From: an uncultured bacterium
GTDB lineage: Bacteria > Krumholzibacteriota > Krumholzibacteriia > LZORAL124-64-63
NCBI GenBank assembly: GCA_965369705.1
Contig: CBDURF010000001.1
Location: 3,361-67,360, forward strand
DNA: 64,000 bases
Direction of reading: 5' to 3'
Part shown: piece by piece, positions 49,276 to 61,242 of the stretch
Layout: each line of letters opens with the position of its first letter
How positions within the stretch are numbered: position 1 is the stretch's first letter
Position numbers and translations under genes: made by a program
Notes under the pieces: model-generated
The model's database searches: none
Told to the model about the DNA's origin: nothing
The model's input: only the letters and a program-made list of their open reading frames with translations

Positions 49276-51711
49276 TCAGCCGGCCAGGATCACCTGGGTC
49301 GCCCCTCCACCGCCCTGTCCGGGCCCCGCTTCCCGGAAGGACGCCACCCGCGGATCGTTCTTCAAGCACTCGTGAAGATGATCCCGGAGGCGACCGGTTC
49401 CGAAACCGTGGATCACGTTGATGACTTCCAGGCCCGCGGGAATGGCACGGTCGATGAGCCGGTCCAGCCTGCGCCAGCCTTCTTCACCCGACTCGCCCCG
49501 AAGGTCGATTTCGGGTTCGGCGCCGGTTACGTTGCTGTGCCAGGCCCAAACCCCCGGCGCGGGCTCCCCGGAACTTCCCGGGGTCTTTTCATCCCGAGAC
49601 CTGGAATCTTCGAGAGGCTGGACCGCCTCTCTTCCCAGGGTCAGGCGCAGGCCGTCGGCGGTGGCGAGGATCCGATCGCCTCGTACTTCGACGACGGTTC
49701 CGATCAGGCCGAGATGGGGAATTCGCACTCGCTGGCCCGGCTCGATCAATGCCGGGGCCGGGATTTCCTCCCGCCCCCCTTTCAACTGCCGGTCCAGACG
49801 GTCCAGGCGACTCCGTGCCGACTTGACCACCGTCTTGTCCGCCCCGGACGCCTTGATTTCCCGCACCGCCTGTTCGATGGCCCGGCGCCCCTGCCGCACC
49901 AGGTCCTCCGCCTCCCGGGAGGCAAGCTTCAGGAGTTCCCGGCGCTCCTTCCGCAGACCGCGCAGACGCTCGTCCAATTCCCGGCCGAGGCTGCTGGTCC
50001 TTTCCGTTTCCAGCCTCACCTCCTCCTGGGCGGAGGCCAACTGGCGCGCCCGGCGATCCAGGTCCGCCAGGAGGTTTTCGATCCGGACCCTTTCCTCGCC
50101 CGCCATGCGGCGGGCCCGGCCCAGCAGGTCGTCCGGGAATCCCATCCGTGATGCGATATCGAAGGCGTGGCTCGTCCCCGGATCACCCACACGGAAGGTG
50201 AACAGGGGGCGCAGGTCACGTTCGTCGTAATCCATGGCGGCGTTGACCATGCGGGGATGGTCGTGCACTGCGGCCTTGAGCAGACCGAAATGGGTGGAGG
50301 CCAGGACCAGGGCGCCGCTGTCTGTCAGCTTGGCCAGGACCTCGAAGGCCAGGGCGGTGCCCTCCTGGGGATCGGTACCGCTGCCGATTTCATCACAGAG
50401 GACAAGCGTACCCGGCCCGGCTTCGGCCATGAAACGGCCCAGGTGACGCAGATGGGCTGAAAAGCTGCTCAGGGACTGGGCGATGGACTGTTCATCACCC
50501 AGATCGACGAGCAGGCGCGTGATCAGGGGCAGGATGGTGTCTTCCCGGGCGGGAATATCCCAGCCGCACTGGGCAATCAGGCAGAACACACCCACGGACT
50601 TCAGGGCCACGGACTTGCCGCCGGCGTTGGGTCCGCTGATGACCAGGGCGCGCTTTTCCGCAGGCATTTCCAGGTCCAGAGGCACGACCAGTTTCCGGCC
50701 CGCGGCAAGGTCTCCTTCACCCAGGGCCTCCATCAGCAGGGGATGACGACCGCCGCAGATCCGGATCTCACCCACGGCCGAAATCCGGGGACGGCGGCCG
50801 CGCACCTGACGGCTCCACAGCATGGGCGCCCGGACGGTGTCGAGCAGGAGCATCACTCCGCAAGCCTCCTCCAGGGCTGAGGCGGCCTGCTCCACGGACC
50901 GGTTGAGTTCGAAGAGGATGCGGGCCTCTTCGGAGCCGATTTCCAACCGGGTCGCGGTCAGTTCGTTGGCCAGGCGAACCACCCCCGCCGGCTCGACGAA
51001 CAGGGTGGCGCCGGTAGACGAGCGATCGTGAACGATGCCCTCGATCTTGCGGCTGTCGCCCGAGCGCAGAGGCAGGCAGAACCGGTCCCCCCGCAGGGTC
51101 ACCTCGTCGCCGGTGGTCCAGCCCTGGGCGCGGGCCCGGTTCATGATCTGTCCGATTTCCCGGCGCACGGCCCGCTCCTGGCCGGCCACCGCGCGGCGCA
51201 ACCGGGCCAGCAGGGGGCTGGCCCCGTCGAGGATGCTGCCGTCCCGGTCCAGAGCGCGGCGGATGGCTCCGGACAGACCGCTGAAGTCAGCCATCTGGAC
51301 GGCGGCTTCACCCCACAGGGCGAACCGTGTACGGTCCGCCAGAAAAAAGGCGCGCAACCGGTCGAGCTGTTCGGCGACACTCGCGACATGGACCAGATCC
51401 GCCCCTTCCAGCCGGACGGGTGGAGGTTGCCGAACGAGGTCCAGAGCCAGGCCGACGTCCGCCAGTGGCGGCCACTGGTCGGCATCGCCCCCGGTGCGCA
51501 ATTCATCGGCCAGGGATTGCTGCAAAGCGATGGGTTCGAGTGAGGCATAAGGCCGGAGGGAGAGCACGGCGTCCGCGGCGGGACTGTTCAGACAAAAGGA
51601 CGCCACCTGGCCGGTGATGCTGCTCCATTCCAGGAGTTCACCGGCGCGGGTGCCCAGGACCGTTTCGCTGGAGCCCTGGAAGGCGGCCATGCGCTCAAGC
51701 AGGTTGATCAT
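49276..51711 (-). CDS. mutS2: endonuclease MutS2 (MutS domain + C-terminal Smr)
   Basis: Walker A GPNAGGKS, DEIGSGTDPQEG, C-terminal Smr (VINVIHGFGTGRL). Confidence 0.9.
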   Translation of the reverse strand: MINLLERMAAFQGSSETVLGTRAGELLEWSSITGQVASFCLNSPAADAVLSLRPYASLEPIALQQSLADELRTGGDADQWPPLADVGLALDLVRQPPPVRLEGADLVHVASVAEQLDRLRAFFLADRTRFALWGEAAVQMADFSGLSGAIRRALDRDGSILDGASPLLARLRRAVAGQERAVRREIGQIMNRARAQGWTTGDEVTLRGDRFCLPLRSGDSRKIEGIVHDRSSTGATLFVEPAGVVRLANELTATRLEIGSEEARILFELNRSVEQAASALEEACGVMLLLDTVRAPMLWSRQVRGRRPRISAVGEIRICGGRHPLLMEALGEGDLAAGRKLVVPLDLEMPAEKRALVISGPNAGGKSVALKSVGVFCLIAQCGWDIPAREDTILPLITRLLVDLGDEQSIAQSLSSFSAHLRHLGRFMAEAGPGTLVLCDEIGSGTDPQEGTALAFEVLAKLTDSGALVLASTHFGLLKAAVHDHPRMVNAAMDYDERDLRPLFTFRVGDPGTSHAFDIASRMGFPDDLLGRARRMAGEERVRIENLLADLDRRARQLASAQEEVRLETERTSSLGRELDERLRGLRKERRELLKLASREAEDLVRQGRRAIEQAVREIKASGADKTVVKSARSRLDRLDRQLKGGREEIPAPALIEPGQRVRIPHLGLIGTVVEVRGDRILATADGLRLTLGREAVQPLEDSRSRDEKTPGSSGEPAPGVWAWHSNVTGAEPEIDLRGESGEEGWRRLDRLIDRAIPAGLEVINVIHGFGTGRLRDHLHECLKNDPRVASFREAGPGQGGGGATQVILAG

Positions 51712-52301
51712 TCAGATTTGGCCTCGCGGGCGGCCTTTTCCACTTCTTCCTTGACCTTTGTACCAGACATTTTGGCCTCTTCCAGAACCCGGTCCCAGAC
51801 CTCCTCCACCTGTCCACCGGACAGACTGCGCACCTGTTCATAAAAGGCCGGCGCCGCGTAGAAGATGAACTGACCCAGAGAGGTCCGGTTGTAGGCGGTT
51901 TGAATGGACTGACCGCCCGGCACCTGGCTGGCCGCCACCAACAGGACGCTCGTCACCAGCGTGCCCAGCGCGATGCCCACCAGGGCGCCGCCCCACTTGT
52001 CCAGCCAGCCCAGGACCGTCAGGCGCAGGGCCTTGCTGATGATGGTGGCGAGCAGGCGGCTCAGGACCAGTCCCACAAAGAACAGGACCGCCCAGGTCAC
52101 CAGCAGGGAGGCCCCCTCGTTCATGCCGGTCTTGTCCATCATCCAGGGCTGGACCGCCGAGGCGAAGCGGGCGGTGAGGACAAGGCTCACCAGCACGCCG
52201 GCGATCTCCAGGAGGCGTTTGACGACGCCGTCCCGGAAACCCAGGATCCCGAAGGCGACGATTGCGGCCAGAGCGATGAGAATTGGAAAATCCATGGTCA
52301 A
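51708..52301 (-). CDS. cvpA: CvpA-family membrane protein
   Basis: Four TM helices, CvpA-like. ATGA overlaps with both neighbours. Confidence 0.7.
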   Translation of the reverse strand: MTMDFPILIALAAIVAFGILGFRDGVVKRLLEIAGVLVSLVLTARFASAVQPWMMDKTGMNEGASLLVTWAVLFFVGLVLSRLLATIISKALRLTVLGWLDKWGGALVGIALGTLVTSVLLVAASQVPGGQSIQTAYNRTSLGQFIFYAAPAFYEQVRSLSGGQVEEVWDRVLEEAKMSGTKVKEEVEKAAREAKSE

Positions 52302-52753
52302 CCCGCCAGATTTTTCTTGACCAGGACGCTCACGCGGCCCCCGTCGGCGCGTCCAGTGGTCCGGACCAGGACCGCCTTCATCACCTTGCCCATGTCCTGG
52401 GGCCCGGTTGCTCCCGTCTCGGCCACCGCGGCAGTGATGAGGGCCGTCAGTTCCTCGTCGGTCATTTCCGCCGGCAGGAACTCCGACACGATTTCCAGTT
52501 CGGCCTCGGCGGTCTTTTTCAGTTCGTCACGCCCCGCATCCCCGAAACTGCTGATCTGGTCCTTGACCTTCCGGGCATAGGAGGAGAGGACCTTCAGGAC
52601 ATCGTCGTCCGTGGGTTCCCGCCGCTGATCCACCTCGACCTGTTTGACCGCAGCCTGCAGCATCCGCAGCACGCCGAGCCGAGCTTTGTCCTTGGCCTTC
52701 ATGGCGGCTATGATATCCTGTTGCAGTTTTGCGGCGACTTCACTCTTGGCCAT
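52298..52753 (-). CDS. GatB/YqeY-domain protein
   Basis: 151 aa, MAKSEVAAKLQQDIIAAMKAKDKARLGVLRM... ATG at 52753 preceded by AGGAAGGA; the caller's 328-aa version is an Arg-rich over-extension. Confidence 0.8.
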   Translation of the reverse strand: MAKSEVAAKLQQDIIAAMKAKDKARLGVLRMLQAAVKQVEVDQRREPTDDDVLKVLSSYARKVKDQISSFGDAGRDELKKTAEAELEIVSEFLPAEMTDEELTALITAAVAETGATGPQDMGKVMKAVLVRTTGRADGGRVSVLVKKNLAG

Positions 52754-52881
52754 GCGCTTGTCCTTCCTGCCTGGTCGGTCCTGGTTTGTCATTCCTGGGT
52801 AAAACCACTCCCAGCGTGGTCGTCGGGGCCCAACCTGTCCATGAAAGACCCCGCCGGGCGCCCTGTCAAGACCGCGCCCGG

Positions 52882-53670
52882 TCAGGAACCTCCCCGGCCG
52901 GCGGCCAGCCATTGTTCGCGGAGAGCCTGGAGGACGATCAGTCCGGTGACAACAGCCGTTTCGGTGCGCAGAACATGGGGTCCCAGGGAAACAGGCCGGG
53001 CCCCGCGCCCGGACATCAGTGAACGTTCGGCGGGCGACCAGCCCCCTTCCGGTCCGATCAGCATGGTCAGGGTCGGAGGCGGATCCCCGGTGGTTTCCTC
53101 CAACAGGGTGGTCCGGATCGCGACCGGACCGGCGGAAAAGCCTGCCTCGCCCGGTGCGGCGCCGAACAGCACCGGATCGGAGGGGCGCCGCCCGAGGACC
53201 TCCCGGACGGACACGGGTTCCGTCAGGTCCGGCAGCCACGAACGCCCGCTCTGCTTGAGGGCGGCTATCATGAGGGACCGCCAACGTTCCTGCTTGCCCG
53301 GTCGAGGATCGACGACCCCGAGATCCGTCTCCAGAGGCAGGAACTCATGAGCCCCCAACTCCACCGCCTTTTCCAGGGCCCATTCGAAACGCCGGCCCTT
53401 GACCACGGCGCAGGCCACCACCAACCTGGGCTCCCGGAATTCCTCACGGTCGATCTCCACGGTGAGGATCTCCACCCGGGCCCGCTGGCCGTCCCGGCCC
53501 CGGGGCAGAGCCGTCAAACGGCGGCCCCGGCCGTCGACCAGTTCAAGTTCGGGACCGCGCCCTCCGCGCAGGACGGTAAAGAGATGGTGGCTTTCATTCC
53601 GGTCGAGGGTAACCGAGTCCCCGGGGCGGGGCAGGTGATCAGGGTCGGTTTCCAGGTAAAACTGGCGCAA
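52882..53670 (-). CDS. rsmE: 16S rRNA (uracil1498-N3)-methyltransferase
   Basis: PUA-like N-terminus; MLIGPEGGWSPAE SPOUT motif. Confidence 0.85.
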   Translation of the reverse strand: MRQFYLETDPDHLPRPGDSVTLDRNESHHLFTVLRGGRGPELELVDGRGRRLTALPRGRDGQRARVEILTVEIDREEFREPRLVVACAVVKGRRFEWALEKAVELGAHEFLPLETDLGVVDPRPGKQERWRSLMIAALKQSGRSWLPDLTEPVSVREVLGRRPSDPVLFGAAPGEAGFSAGPVAIRTTLLEETTGDPPPTLTMLIGPEGGWSPAERSLMSGRGARPVSLGPHVLRTETAVVTGLIVLQALREQWLAAGRGGS

Positions 53671-53700
53671 GGCGTCTCCGGCCGGAAGAAAGAAAAAACG

Positions 53701-54846
<1,146 letters not shown>

Positions 54847-54855
54847 TCGTCTCTC

Positions 54856-55467
54856 TTAACTGGAAATGATGACACGGGCCGGACGCAACACCATGTCACC
54901 GAAATGGAACCCCTGCTGGACGATCTCGATGACCCGGCCGGGTTCCGTGTCCTGGCGGGCGAGTTGCCCCACGGCTTCATGGAAATTGGGATCGAATTCG
55001 GCGCCCATGGCTTCCATGGGCTCGACACCCTTGTCCTTCAGGACTCCGCGGAATCTCTGGAAAATCAGTTCGACGCCCTCACGGAAGCCACCGGGCTCAC
55101 CAGTATCGGAGTTTTCCCCAGCCGATTGCAAGGCCCTTTCAAAATTGTCCTGGAACTCCAGAAGGGAGCGCAGTATTTCGGCCTGGGCGAAGCGCCGCGT
55201 TTCCAGGACTTCACGGCGTGACCGCTTCCGGACATTGTCCAGCTCGGCCACCACCCGCAGCCACTTTTCCTCAAACGCGTCCCGCTCGTTGCGCAGGACT
55301 TCCTCCGGGGAGGGCTCCTCGGGCTCCTCAGATTCCTCGGATTCCACAGACTCCTCAGACTCCTCAGACTCCTCGGCGCTCAATTCCTCGTCGGTGGAAG
55401 CCGGCGCCTCCTCGGCGGCCTTATCATCCGGACGCGGATCCATTTCCTGCTCACGGGGTGCGGTCAT
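54856..55467 (-). CDS. grpE: nucleotide exchange factor GrpE with acidic Ser/Glu-repeat N-terminus
   Basis: GrpE core ...RSLLEFQDNFERA...VQQGFHFGDMVLRPARV. ATG at 55467 preceded by GAAGGAAG. Confidence 0.88.
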   Translation of the reverse strand: MTAPREQEMDPRPDDKAAEEAPASTDEELSAEESEESEESVESEESEEPEEPSPEEVLRNERDAFEEKWLRVVAELDNVRKRSRREVLETRRFAQAEILRSLLEFQDNFERALQSAGENSDTGEPGGFREGVELIFQRFRGVLKDKGVEPMEAMGAEFDPNFHEAVGQLARQDTEPGRVIEIVQQGFHFGDMVLRPARVIISS

Positions 55468-55550
55468 GTCTCTCTTCCTTCGTGGTTCGAACAAACACCG
55501 GCCGGCCGATCCGAGGGTTCCCGGACCATCCGAACCGGGGATGAAACGAT

Positions 55551-56621
55551 TCAACTCGCAACGGGTCCCAGGGTTTCCACGATGACCCGCCGCAGAATCT
55601 CCATACCGTGGAAAGCCCGATGGTAGGACATCCTCCTGGGCCCGAGCACCGCCAGAAGACCCGGCCTGCCATCCAGATGGAACCCTCCGGTCAGGAGGGA
55701 GAACCGTCGCAGCTCTCGGACGGGATTCTCCCGACCGATCCAGACCCTGAATTCGTCCGACGGCACGTGATCGAGCCGGTCCAGGGATTCCCGGATATGA
55801 TGGGGCGATTCCATGAAACGGATCAGGGCTTTCAGGGGTTCCGGATCGTGGAATTCCGGTTCTTCCAGAATATTTCCCACGCCCTCGAATTGGATCTCCA
55901 CGTCCCTCGAATCCCTGAAAAGTTCGCTGCCACCCCGGGCCAGGATCGCGGCGCAGCGGGAAATCGGGGTGCCGATCAGATCCACCGTATCCAGGACACC
56001 TTTCCTTATTTCGCCCACCGTCCGTCCCCGCACCCGATCCGACAGCAGACGCGCGGCCTCTGCCACCACCGGAGCGGGCGTGTCCTCAAGCAGGTCCACC
56101 AGCCCGGTCCTGACCTCGGCATTTTCCAGCACCACGACCATCAGCACCCGGCGCAGGGAGCGCGGGTAGAACTCCACCCGGACGGCCAGGACCGACTCCA
56201 GGGTCGGACCCATGATGATGCTGATGTTGTCCGTCAACCGGCTCAGAAGATGGGCCAAGGCCTTGAATCGGTCCTGGGTGCCAAGGCCCTGCATCACGCC
56301 CTCGTCGACCATCCGGCACAGACTCGGGGGGGTTTCGTGGCGCTGCAGGGACCACCCGGCCAGCAACCGGTCCACGAAGGCGCGGAAACCCGCATCGGTG
56401 GGCAATCGTCCGGCCGAGGTATGGGGCTGATCGAGGAAGCCCTTCTGCTCCAGATTCTTCATGACTGAACGGATGGTGGCCGAAGACACCCGCCGCTGCA
56501 TGAACCGCTCCACCAGGCCGGAACTCACGGCCCGGCCGGTTTCGATATTGAGTCGCACGATGGCGTCGAGAATGTCAAGCGACCGGGAGTCCAAGCTGGT
56601 TTTTCGCCCGTTTCTGCTCAT
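55551..56621 (-). CDS. hrcA: heat-inducible transcription repressor HrcA
   Basis: N-terminal winged HTH LDSRSLDILDAIVRLNIETGRAVSSGLV and an HrcA C-domain. Start ATG at 56621. Confidence 0.85.
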   Translation of the reverse strand: MSRNGRKTSLDSRSLDILDAIVRLNIETGRAVSSGLVERFMQRRVSSATIRSVMKNLEQKGFLDQPHTSAGRLPTDAGFRAFVDRLLAGWSLQRHETPPSLCRMVDEGVMQGLGTQDRFKALAHLLSRLTDNISIIMGPTLESVLAVRVEFYPRSLRRVLMVVVLENAEVRTGLVDLLEDTPAPVVAEAARLLSDRVRGRTVGEIRKGVLDTVDLIGTPISRCAAILARGGSELFRDSRDVEIQFEGVGNILEEPEFHDPEPLKALIRFMESPHHIRESLDRLDHVPSDEFRVWIGRENPVRELRRFSLLTGGFHLDGRPGLLAVLGPRRMSYHRAFHGMEILRRVIVETLGPVAS

Positions 56622-56694
56622 GTCTCTCACCTGGAAAATGCCTCCGGACCGTCCCTGAGGACCGTACAATGCGCCCAAGGTAATCAATGTGAAT

Positions 56695-57816
56695 TCAGGG
56701 TGTCAACCTGGCCAGCCGTTCCTCGATCGTGTCGATCCGCAGGAAACCACGGCCGGTCAGGATCAGCCGTCCTTCCCTGATCTCCCACAAACCCTCCCGC
56801 CGGCCAAGTTCCGTATCCCAACCCCGCCGAGGCATCCATTCCAGCGGAACGCCGCGCCGCGTGCGCAGACCCAGGATCAGCCGCTCCAGCCGACGGGCCG
56901 AAAGGTCCAGGGAATCCACCGAGGCTTCGGGCAGGCATCCGTTCTCCACCGCGTCCCGCCAGTCGTCCAGGTCGTCGAAGTTGGCGTACCGGCGCCGGCC
57001 CCAGAAGCCGTGAGCGCCCGGCCCCAGCCCCAGCCAGGGACGCCCCAGCCAGTAGTTCCGATTGTGGCGGGACTCGGCTCCCGGTCGGGCGAAATTGGCC
57101 ACTTCGTACTGCGGGATTCCCAGGCCGGCCAGGTGGTCGATCACCGCCAGGTACAGCCGCTCGGTTTCGCTGTCGGGCGCCGGCCGCCATGCCCCCCGCG
57201 CGGCCAGCGCGGCCAGCCTGGTGCCGGGGTGCAGTTCCAGGATGTAGATCGAGAAGTGCTCCACGCCCAGGGCCGCGGCTTCGCTCAATTCGGCCAGAAG
57301 ATCGCCTTCCTGCAGACCTGGACCGATGATCCAGTCGGCCGATACGCGGGGAAAGATGCGGCAGGCCCGGGCCAACCCCTTGCGTGCCGTCGCCGGACCG
57401 CAGGCCCGCCCCAGGAGTTTCAACACCTCCGCCTCCAGGCTCTGCACACCGAGGCTGATCCGTGTGACGCCCAGCTCCCGCCAGCGCCGGGCCAGCTCTT
57501 CGGTCAGGGATTCCGGGTTGGCCTCGGCCGTCAATTCGAAATCCGCCGCCAAGGGCAGATTGCCCACCGTGCCCTCCAACAGGCGCGCCAGGAGATCCGG
57601 TTCCAGTTCCGAAGGAGTGCCGCCGCCGAGGTAGCAGGTGGCAAGTCGACGCTTTCCCGCCGACAACACACCGCACATCCTCCGGCGCAGCTCGAACTCA
57701 GCCAGGACTCCGTCCACGTAGCGGCGACGAGTCTCCGGACCGTGATCGGCCGTCCGGGCGAAGTGACAATAGGAACAGATCGAGCCGCAGAAAGGCACGT
57801 GAATGTAGAGTCCCAT
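56695..57816 (-). CDS. hemW: radical-SAM heme chaperone HemW (HemN-like, oxygen-independent coproporphyrinogen oxidase family)
   Basis: YIHVPFCGSICSYCHF CxxxCxxC motif. Confidence 0.88.
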   Translation of the reverse strand: MGLYIHVPFCGSICSYCHFARTADHGPETRRRYVDGVLAEFELRRRMCGVLSAGKRRLATCYLGGGTPSELEPDLLARLLEGTVGNLPLAADFELTAEANPESLTEELARRWRELGVTRISLGVQSLEAEVLKLLGRACGPATARKGLARACRIFPRVSADWIIGPGLQEGDLLAELSEAAALGVEHFSIYILELHPGTRLAALAARGAWRPAPDSETERLYLAVIDHLAGLGIPQYEVANFARPGAESRHNRNYWLGRPWLGLGPGAHGFWGRRRYANFDDLDDWRDAVENGCLPEASVDSLDLSARRLERLILGLRTRRGVPLEWMPRRGWDTELGRREGLWEIREGRLILTGRGFLRIDTIEERLARLTP

Positions 57817-57838
57817 GGCGGCTCCGGCGGAATCCGGA

Positions 57839-58642
57839 CTAGCGGATCAGGTCCCCGATCCTGTTCAGCCGGGGCAGGTGTTTCTCCCCGTTCCAGGACC
57901 AATAGATGAACATGGCATGGCCCTTGATGAGCTTCTTGTCCAGCGCGCCCCAGTAACGGCTGTCCATGCTGTTGTAACGGTTGTCGCCCATCATGAAGAT
58001 GTGACCCACGGGCACGACGAAGGTCTTGGGCATACCGGGCCAGGGCCACGAGTGGTTGCGCTTGTTGCGCACATAGGCCGCCTGGTCGTGCTTGGTCCGT
58101 GGGGCGGGGCAGCTCTCGGGATCGGTCCAGGAAGGCACGCAGGAATGATCGCCGTCGCGGTCCCCGAAGTTGGATTCGTAGATTTCACCGTTGACCTTCA
58201 GGATGCCGCCCTCCACCAAGATGGTGTCCCCTTCCACCGCCACGCAGCGTTTGATGTAGTCCAGGTTCCGGTCGTTGGGGTATTCGAACACGATGATGTC
58301 GCCCTGGCGCGGCTCGCGGATGGCGGGAAGTTTCAGCACCGGCAATCCGTCGATGAGCGTGGCCTTGCCGATCCGGATCCGTTCGGGCGTCTTGGCGCCG
58401 TACAGGAACTTGTTGACGAACAGGAAGTCGCCGATCTGCAGGGTGTCCAGCATGGACCCCGTGGGAATGCGGAAGGCCTGGAAGATGAACTGGCGCAGCA
58501 CCAGGGCGATCAGCAGGGCGGTGCCGATGGCCTTGGCGTACTCGATCGCCGTGTTCTTCAGGGATTTCGGCGGCTTGACCTTACCTGTGCTCACCGCGGC
58601 TGCGGTCTGGTCATGCTGGCGTTTCTTCGATTTCTTGGACAT
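57839..58642 (-). CDS. lepB: signal peptidase I
   Basis: GSMLDTLQIGDFLFVNK (Ser box), MGDNRYNSMDSRYWG. ATG at 58642 preceded by GGGAG. Confidence 0.9.
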   Translation of the reverse strand: MSKKSKKRQHDQTAAAVSTGKVKPPKSLKNTAIEYAKAIGTALLIALVLRQFIFQAFRIPTGSMLDTLQIGDFLFVNKFLYGAKTPERIRIGKATLIDGLPVLKLPAIREPRQGDIIVFEYPNDRNLDYIKRCVAVEGDTILVEGGILKVNGEIYESNFGDRDGDHSCVPSWTDPESCPAPRTKHDQAAYVRNKRNHSWPWPGMPKTFVVPVGHIFMMGDNRYNSMDSRYWGALDKKLIKGHAMFIYWSWNGEKHLPRLNRIGDLIR

Positions 58643-58683
58643 ATCCACTCCCGGCTGATCGTTGACAGGGTGTCGGGTTCGGG

Positions 58684-60489
58684 TCAGCGCTCGATCTTGA
58701 GTACCGCCAGGAAGGCCTCCTGCGGAATCTCCACCGAACCCACCTGTTTCATGCGCTTCTTGCCTTCCTTCTGCTTCTCGAGGAGCTTGCGCTTGCGGGT
58801 GATGTCGCCGCCGTAGCACTTGGCCGTCACGTTCTTGCGGAAGGCCTTGACGTTGGTCCGGGCCAGCACTCGGGTGCCGACGGCGGCCTGGATGGCGACG
58901 GCGAACATCTGCCGGGGAATGAGCTCCTTCAGTTTCTGGCAGAGCTTCAGCCCCCAGCTGTGGGCGTTGTCCCGGTGCACGATGCAGGTCAGGGCGTCGA
59001 CCATGTCGCCGTTGATCAATATATCCAGGCGGATGAGATCGTCCTTCCGGTGCGTGAGATACTCGTAGTCCAGGGACGCATAGCCGCGGGTGACGGACTT
59101 GAGCTTGTCGTAATAATCCACCACCAACTCGTTCAGCGGAAGATCGAATTCGATGTTCACCCGTTCGGGGTCCAGGTATTCCATCTTGGTCTGCACACCA
59201 CGTCTCTCCAGGGATATCTGGATCACCGGCCCCACGTATTCCTTGGGCGTGATGACCGATGCCTTGACGATCGGCTCACGGATCTCGGCGATGTATTTCA
59301 CGTCCGGCAACAGGGCGGGATTCTCGCAGAGCTCAATGGTGCCGTCCTTGAGCAGGACCTCGTATTCCACGTTGGGCAACGTGGCAATCAGGCTCAGGCC
59401 GTACTCGCGCTCAAGTCTCTCCTGGATGATCTCCATGTGGAGCAGGCCCAGGAATCCGCAGCGGAATCCGAACCCCAGGGCGGCCGAGGTCTCCTTTTCC
59501 CAGGTCAGTGAGGCGTCGTTCATCTGGAGTTTCTGCAGGGCTTCGAACAGTTCGTCGTACTGGTCGTTGTCCGTGGGGTACATTCCCGAGAACACCATCG
59601 GCTTGGCTTCCGCGTAACCGGGCAGCGGTTCGACACAGGGATTGTCCGCCAGGGTGATCGTGTCCCCGACCCGCACGTGGCGCACATCCTTGGCCCCGGT
59701 GGCGATGTAACCCACCTCGCCCGCGGTCAGGGATTTCTGGGAGATCCGGTCCAGGCGGAACCAGCCGATGTCGCCCACCTCGAACTGCTTGTCGTTGCCG
59801 AACAACTTGATCTTCTCACCCTTTCCGATCGTGCCGGCGAACATCCGGACATAGGCCACCGCGCCCACGTAGGAGTCGAAGATGGAGTCGAAGATCAGGC
59901 CCTGGGCCGGGGCCTCCGGGTCACCGGTCGGCGTCGGCACCAGGGTCACGATGGCGTCCAGCAACGCTTCGACACCCTCGCCGGTCTTGGCGCTCACCTG
60001 GAGAATCTCGTCGGGATCGCAGCCCAGCAGATCGATGAACTGCTCCATGACGTAGTCCACCCGGGCGGCTGCCAGATCGATCTTGTTGATGACCGGCAGG
60101 ATGGCCAGGTCGTTTTCGAGGGCCAGGTACATGTTGTTGATCGTCTGGGCCTGCACCCCCTGCACGGCATCCACCACGAGCAGGGCGCCCTCGCAGGCGG
60201 CCAGGCTACGGCTGACCTCGTAGTGGAAATCCACGTGGCCCGGAGTATCGATCAGGTTGAGGGTCCAGAGCTCACCCCGTGCATCGGAATAATCCATGCG
60301 AATGGGGTGGCTCTTGATGGTGATCCCCCGCTCACGCTCCAGGTCCATGGAATCAAGGACCTGTTCCTGCAGTTCCTTGCCACGGAGCGTACCTGTGAAC
60401 TCGAGCAGACGGTCGGCCAGCGTGCTCTTGCCGTGGTCGATATGGGCGATGATGCAGAAATTGCGCGTTTTTTCTCGATTGAAGACCAT
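58684..60489 (-). CDS. lepA: translation elongation factor 4
   Basis: [30 protein letters not shown], 601 aa. The caller's 777-aa form is an Arg/Gly-rich over-extension. Confidence 0.93.
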   Translation of the reverse strand: MVFNREKTRNFCIIAHIDHGKSTLADRLLEFTGTLRGKELQEQVLDSMDLERERGITIKSHPIRMDYSDARGELWTLNLIDTPGHVDFHYEVSRSLAACEGALLVVDAVQGVQAQTINNMYLALENDLAILPVINKIDLAAARVDYVMEQFIDLLGCDPDEILQVSAKTGEGVEALLDAIVTLVPTPTGDPEAPAQGLIFDSIFDSYVGAVAYVRMFAGTIGKGEKIKLFGNDKQFEVGDIGWFRLDRISQKSLTAGEVGYIATGAKDVRHVRVGDTITLADNPCVEPLPGYAEAKPMVFSGMYPTDNDQYDELFEALQKLQMNDASLTWEKETSAALGFGFRCGFLGLLHMEIIQERLEREYGLSLIATLPNVEYEVLLKDGTIELCENPALLPDVKYIAEIREPIVKASVITPKEYVGPVIQISLERRGVQTKMEYLDPERVNIEFDLPLNELVVDYYDKLKSVTRGYASLDYEYLTHRKDDLIRLDILINGDMVDALTCIVHRDNAHSWGLKLCQKLKELIPRQMFAVAIQAAVGTRVLARTNVKAFRKNVTAKCYGGDITRKRKLLEKQKEGKKRMKQVGSVEIPQEAFLAVLKIER

Positions 60490-60563
60490 GCTGCTTCGCA
60501 TCCGCTCCGGTAATTGGGACAGGGATCGGTTCAATTTCGGTGAACAGCCCTCAAAGATAGGGC

Positions 60564-61229
60564 TCAGAACCTCTTTCGCCACTGGAAAACCACCAACGTG
60601 GGTCCAGGATCGCTGAGCGCGACACCCTCGCCGACCGGGCCGAAGGTGTCGTCCCAGCGGTTGGGGACAGGAACTGGATCCCGATCGAAATTGAACAGAT
60701 GGGCGCCCACGTAGGCATCCAAGGCGATGATCAGCAGCACACCGCCGGACCACCAGGCGAAATCCCGCATCTGTTCCCAGCTCTCCTCCGCGATGGCATG
60801 GTAACGTGTGTAGTTGGGATCGTCCGGGGGAAAGGTGTTTGCGAAATCCCGCGCCCGCACCGCCTGCCGGTCCCGGTTCAGGATGTTGGTCCAGAAGTAC
60901 ATCTGCGTCCCGAAGCCCAGGCCGGCCTTCCAGAAGTTGTCGGAATACAACTGGCCCCAGCCGGGAAAAAGCGGGGTCGCCAGCACCGCGCCGGTGGGAC
61001 TGACCCCGGTGGACCACAGATCCACTTCCTCGACCTCCAGGGCGCCGGGCGTCGGCACGGGGATTTCATCCGGCAGGATATTGGTGACCGTCGTATCAGG
61101 AAGATCGGAAAGATCGGGCACCGTCTGCCCCACAGCCGCGCCGACCCCCACCAGCAGGCACAGGATCAGGATCCCCGGGCCGAAGAGGCCGGCGGTGGAT
61201 CCCGTTTTCCCTGGCAAGCGGTGCTTCAT
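60564..61229 (-). CDS. hypothetical secreted/membrane protein with PGWGQLY motif (resembles Bacteroidetes DUF5683-type proteins)
   Basis: Signal/TM N-terminus; [28 protein letters not shown] pattern. Confidence 0.45.
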   Translation of the reverse strand: MKHRLPGKTGSTAGLFGPGILILCLLVGVGAAVGQTVPDLSDLPDTTVTNILPDEIPVPTPGALEVEEVDLWSTGVSPTGAVLATPLFPGWGQLYSDNFWKAGLGFGTQMYFWTNILNRDRQAVRARDFANTFPPDDPNYTRYHAIAEESWEQMRDFAWWSGGVLLIIALDAYVGAHLFNFDRDPVPVPNRWDDTFGPVGEGVALSDPGPTLVVFQWRKRF

Positions 61230-61242
61230 TCTGCTTCTTCCG

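Noticed and set aside
55300-55400. Direct nucleotide repeats (ctcctcagactcctc...) considered as a possible CRISPR or other repeat element.
   Set aside because: They are short, in-frame and coding (the GrpE acidic tract), with no spacer architecture. No CRISPR array is present anywhere in the window.
56622-56694. Search for a CIRCE operator upstream of hrcA.
   Set aside because: No TTAGCACTC-N9-GAGTGCTAA-like inverted repeat was seen here. This absence is reported as a finding, not a feature.
58684-61017. Caller's 777-aa LepA and other N-terminally extended ORFs (lepB to 58819, rplM to 36850, frr to 33166, cdsA to 31789, rel to 41378, yqeY to 53284, dxr to 31103, ACAD to 2318).
   Set aside because: The extensions are Arg/Gly-rich, lack homology, overlap upstream genes, and conserved N-termini with SD motifs occur at internal starts. 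Coordinates were trimmed accordingly.
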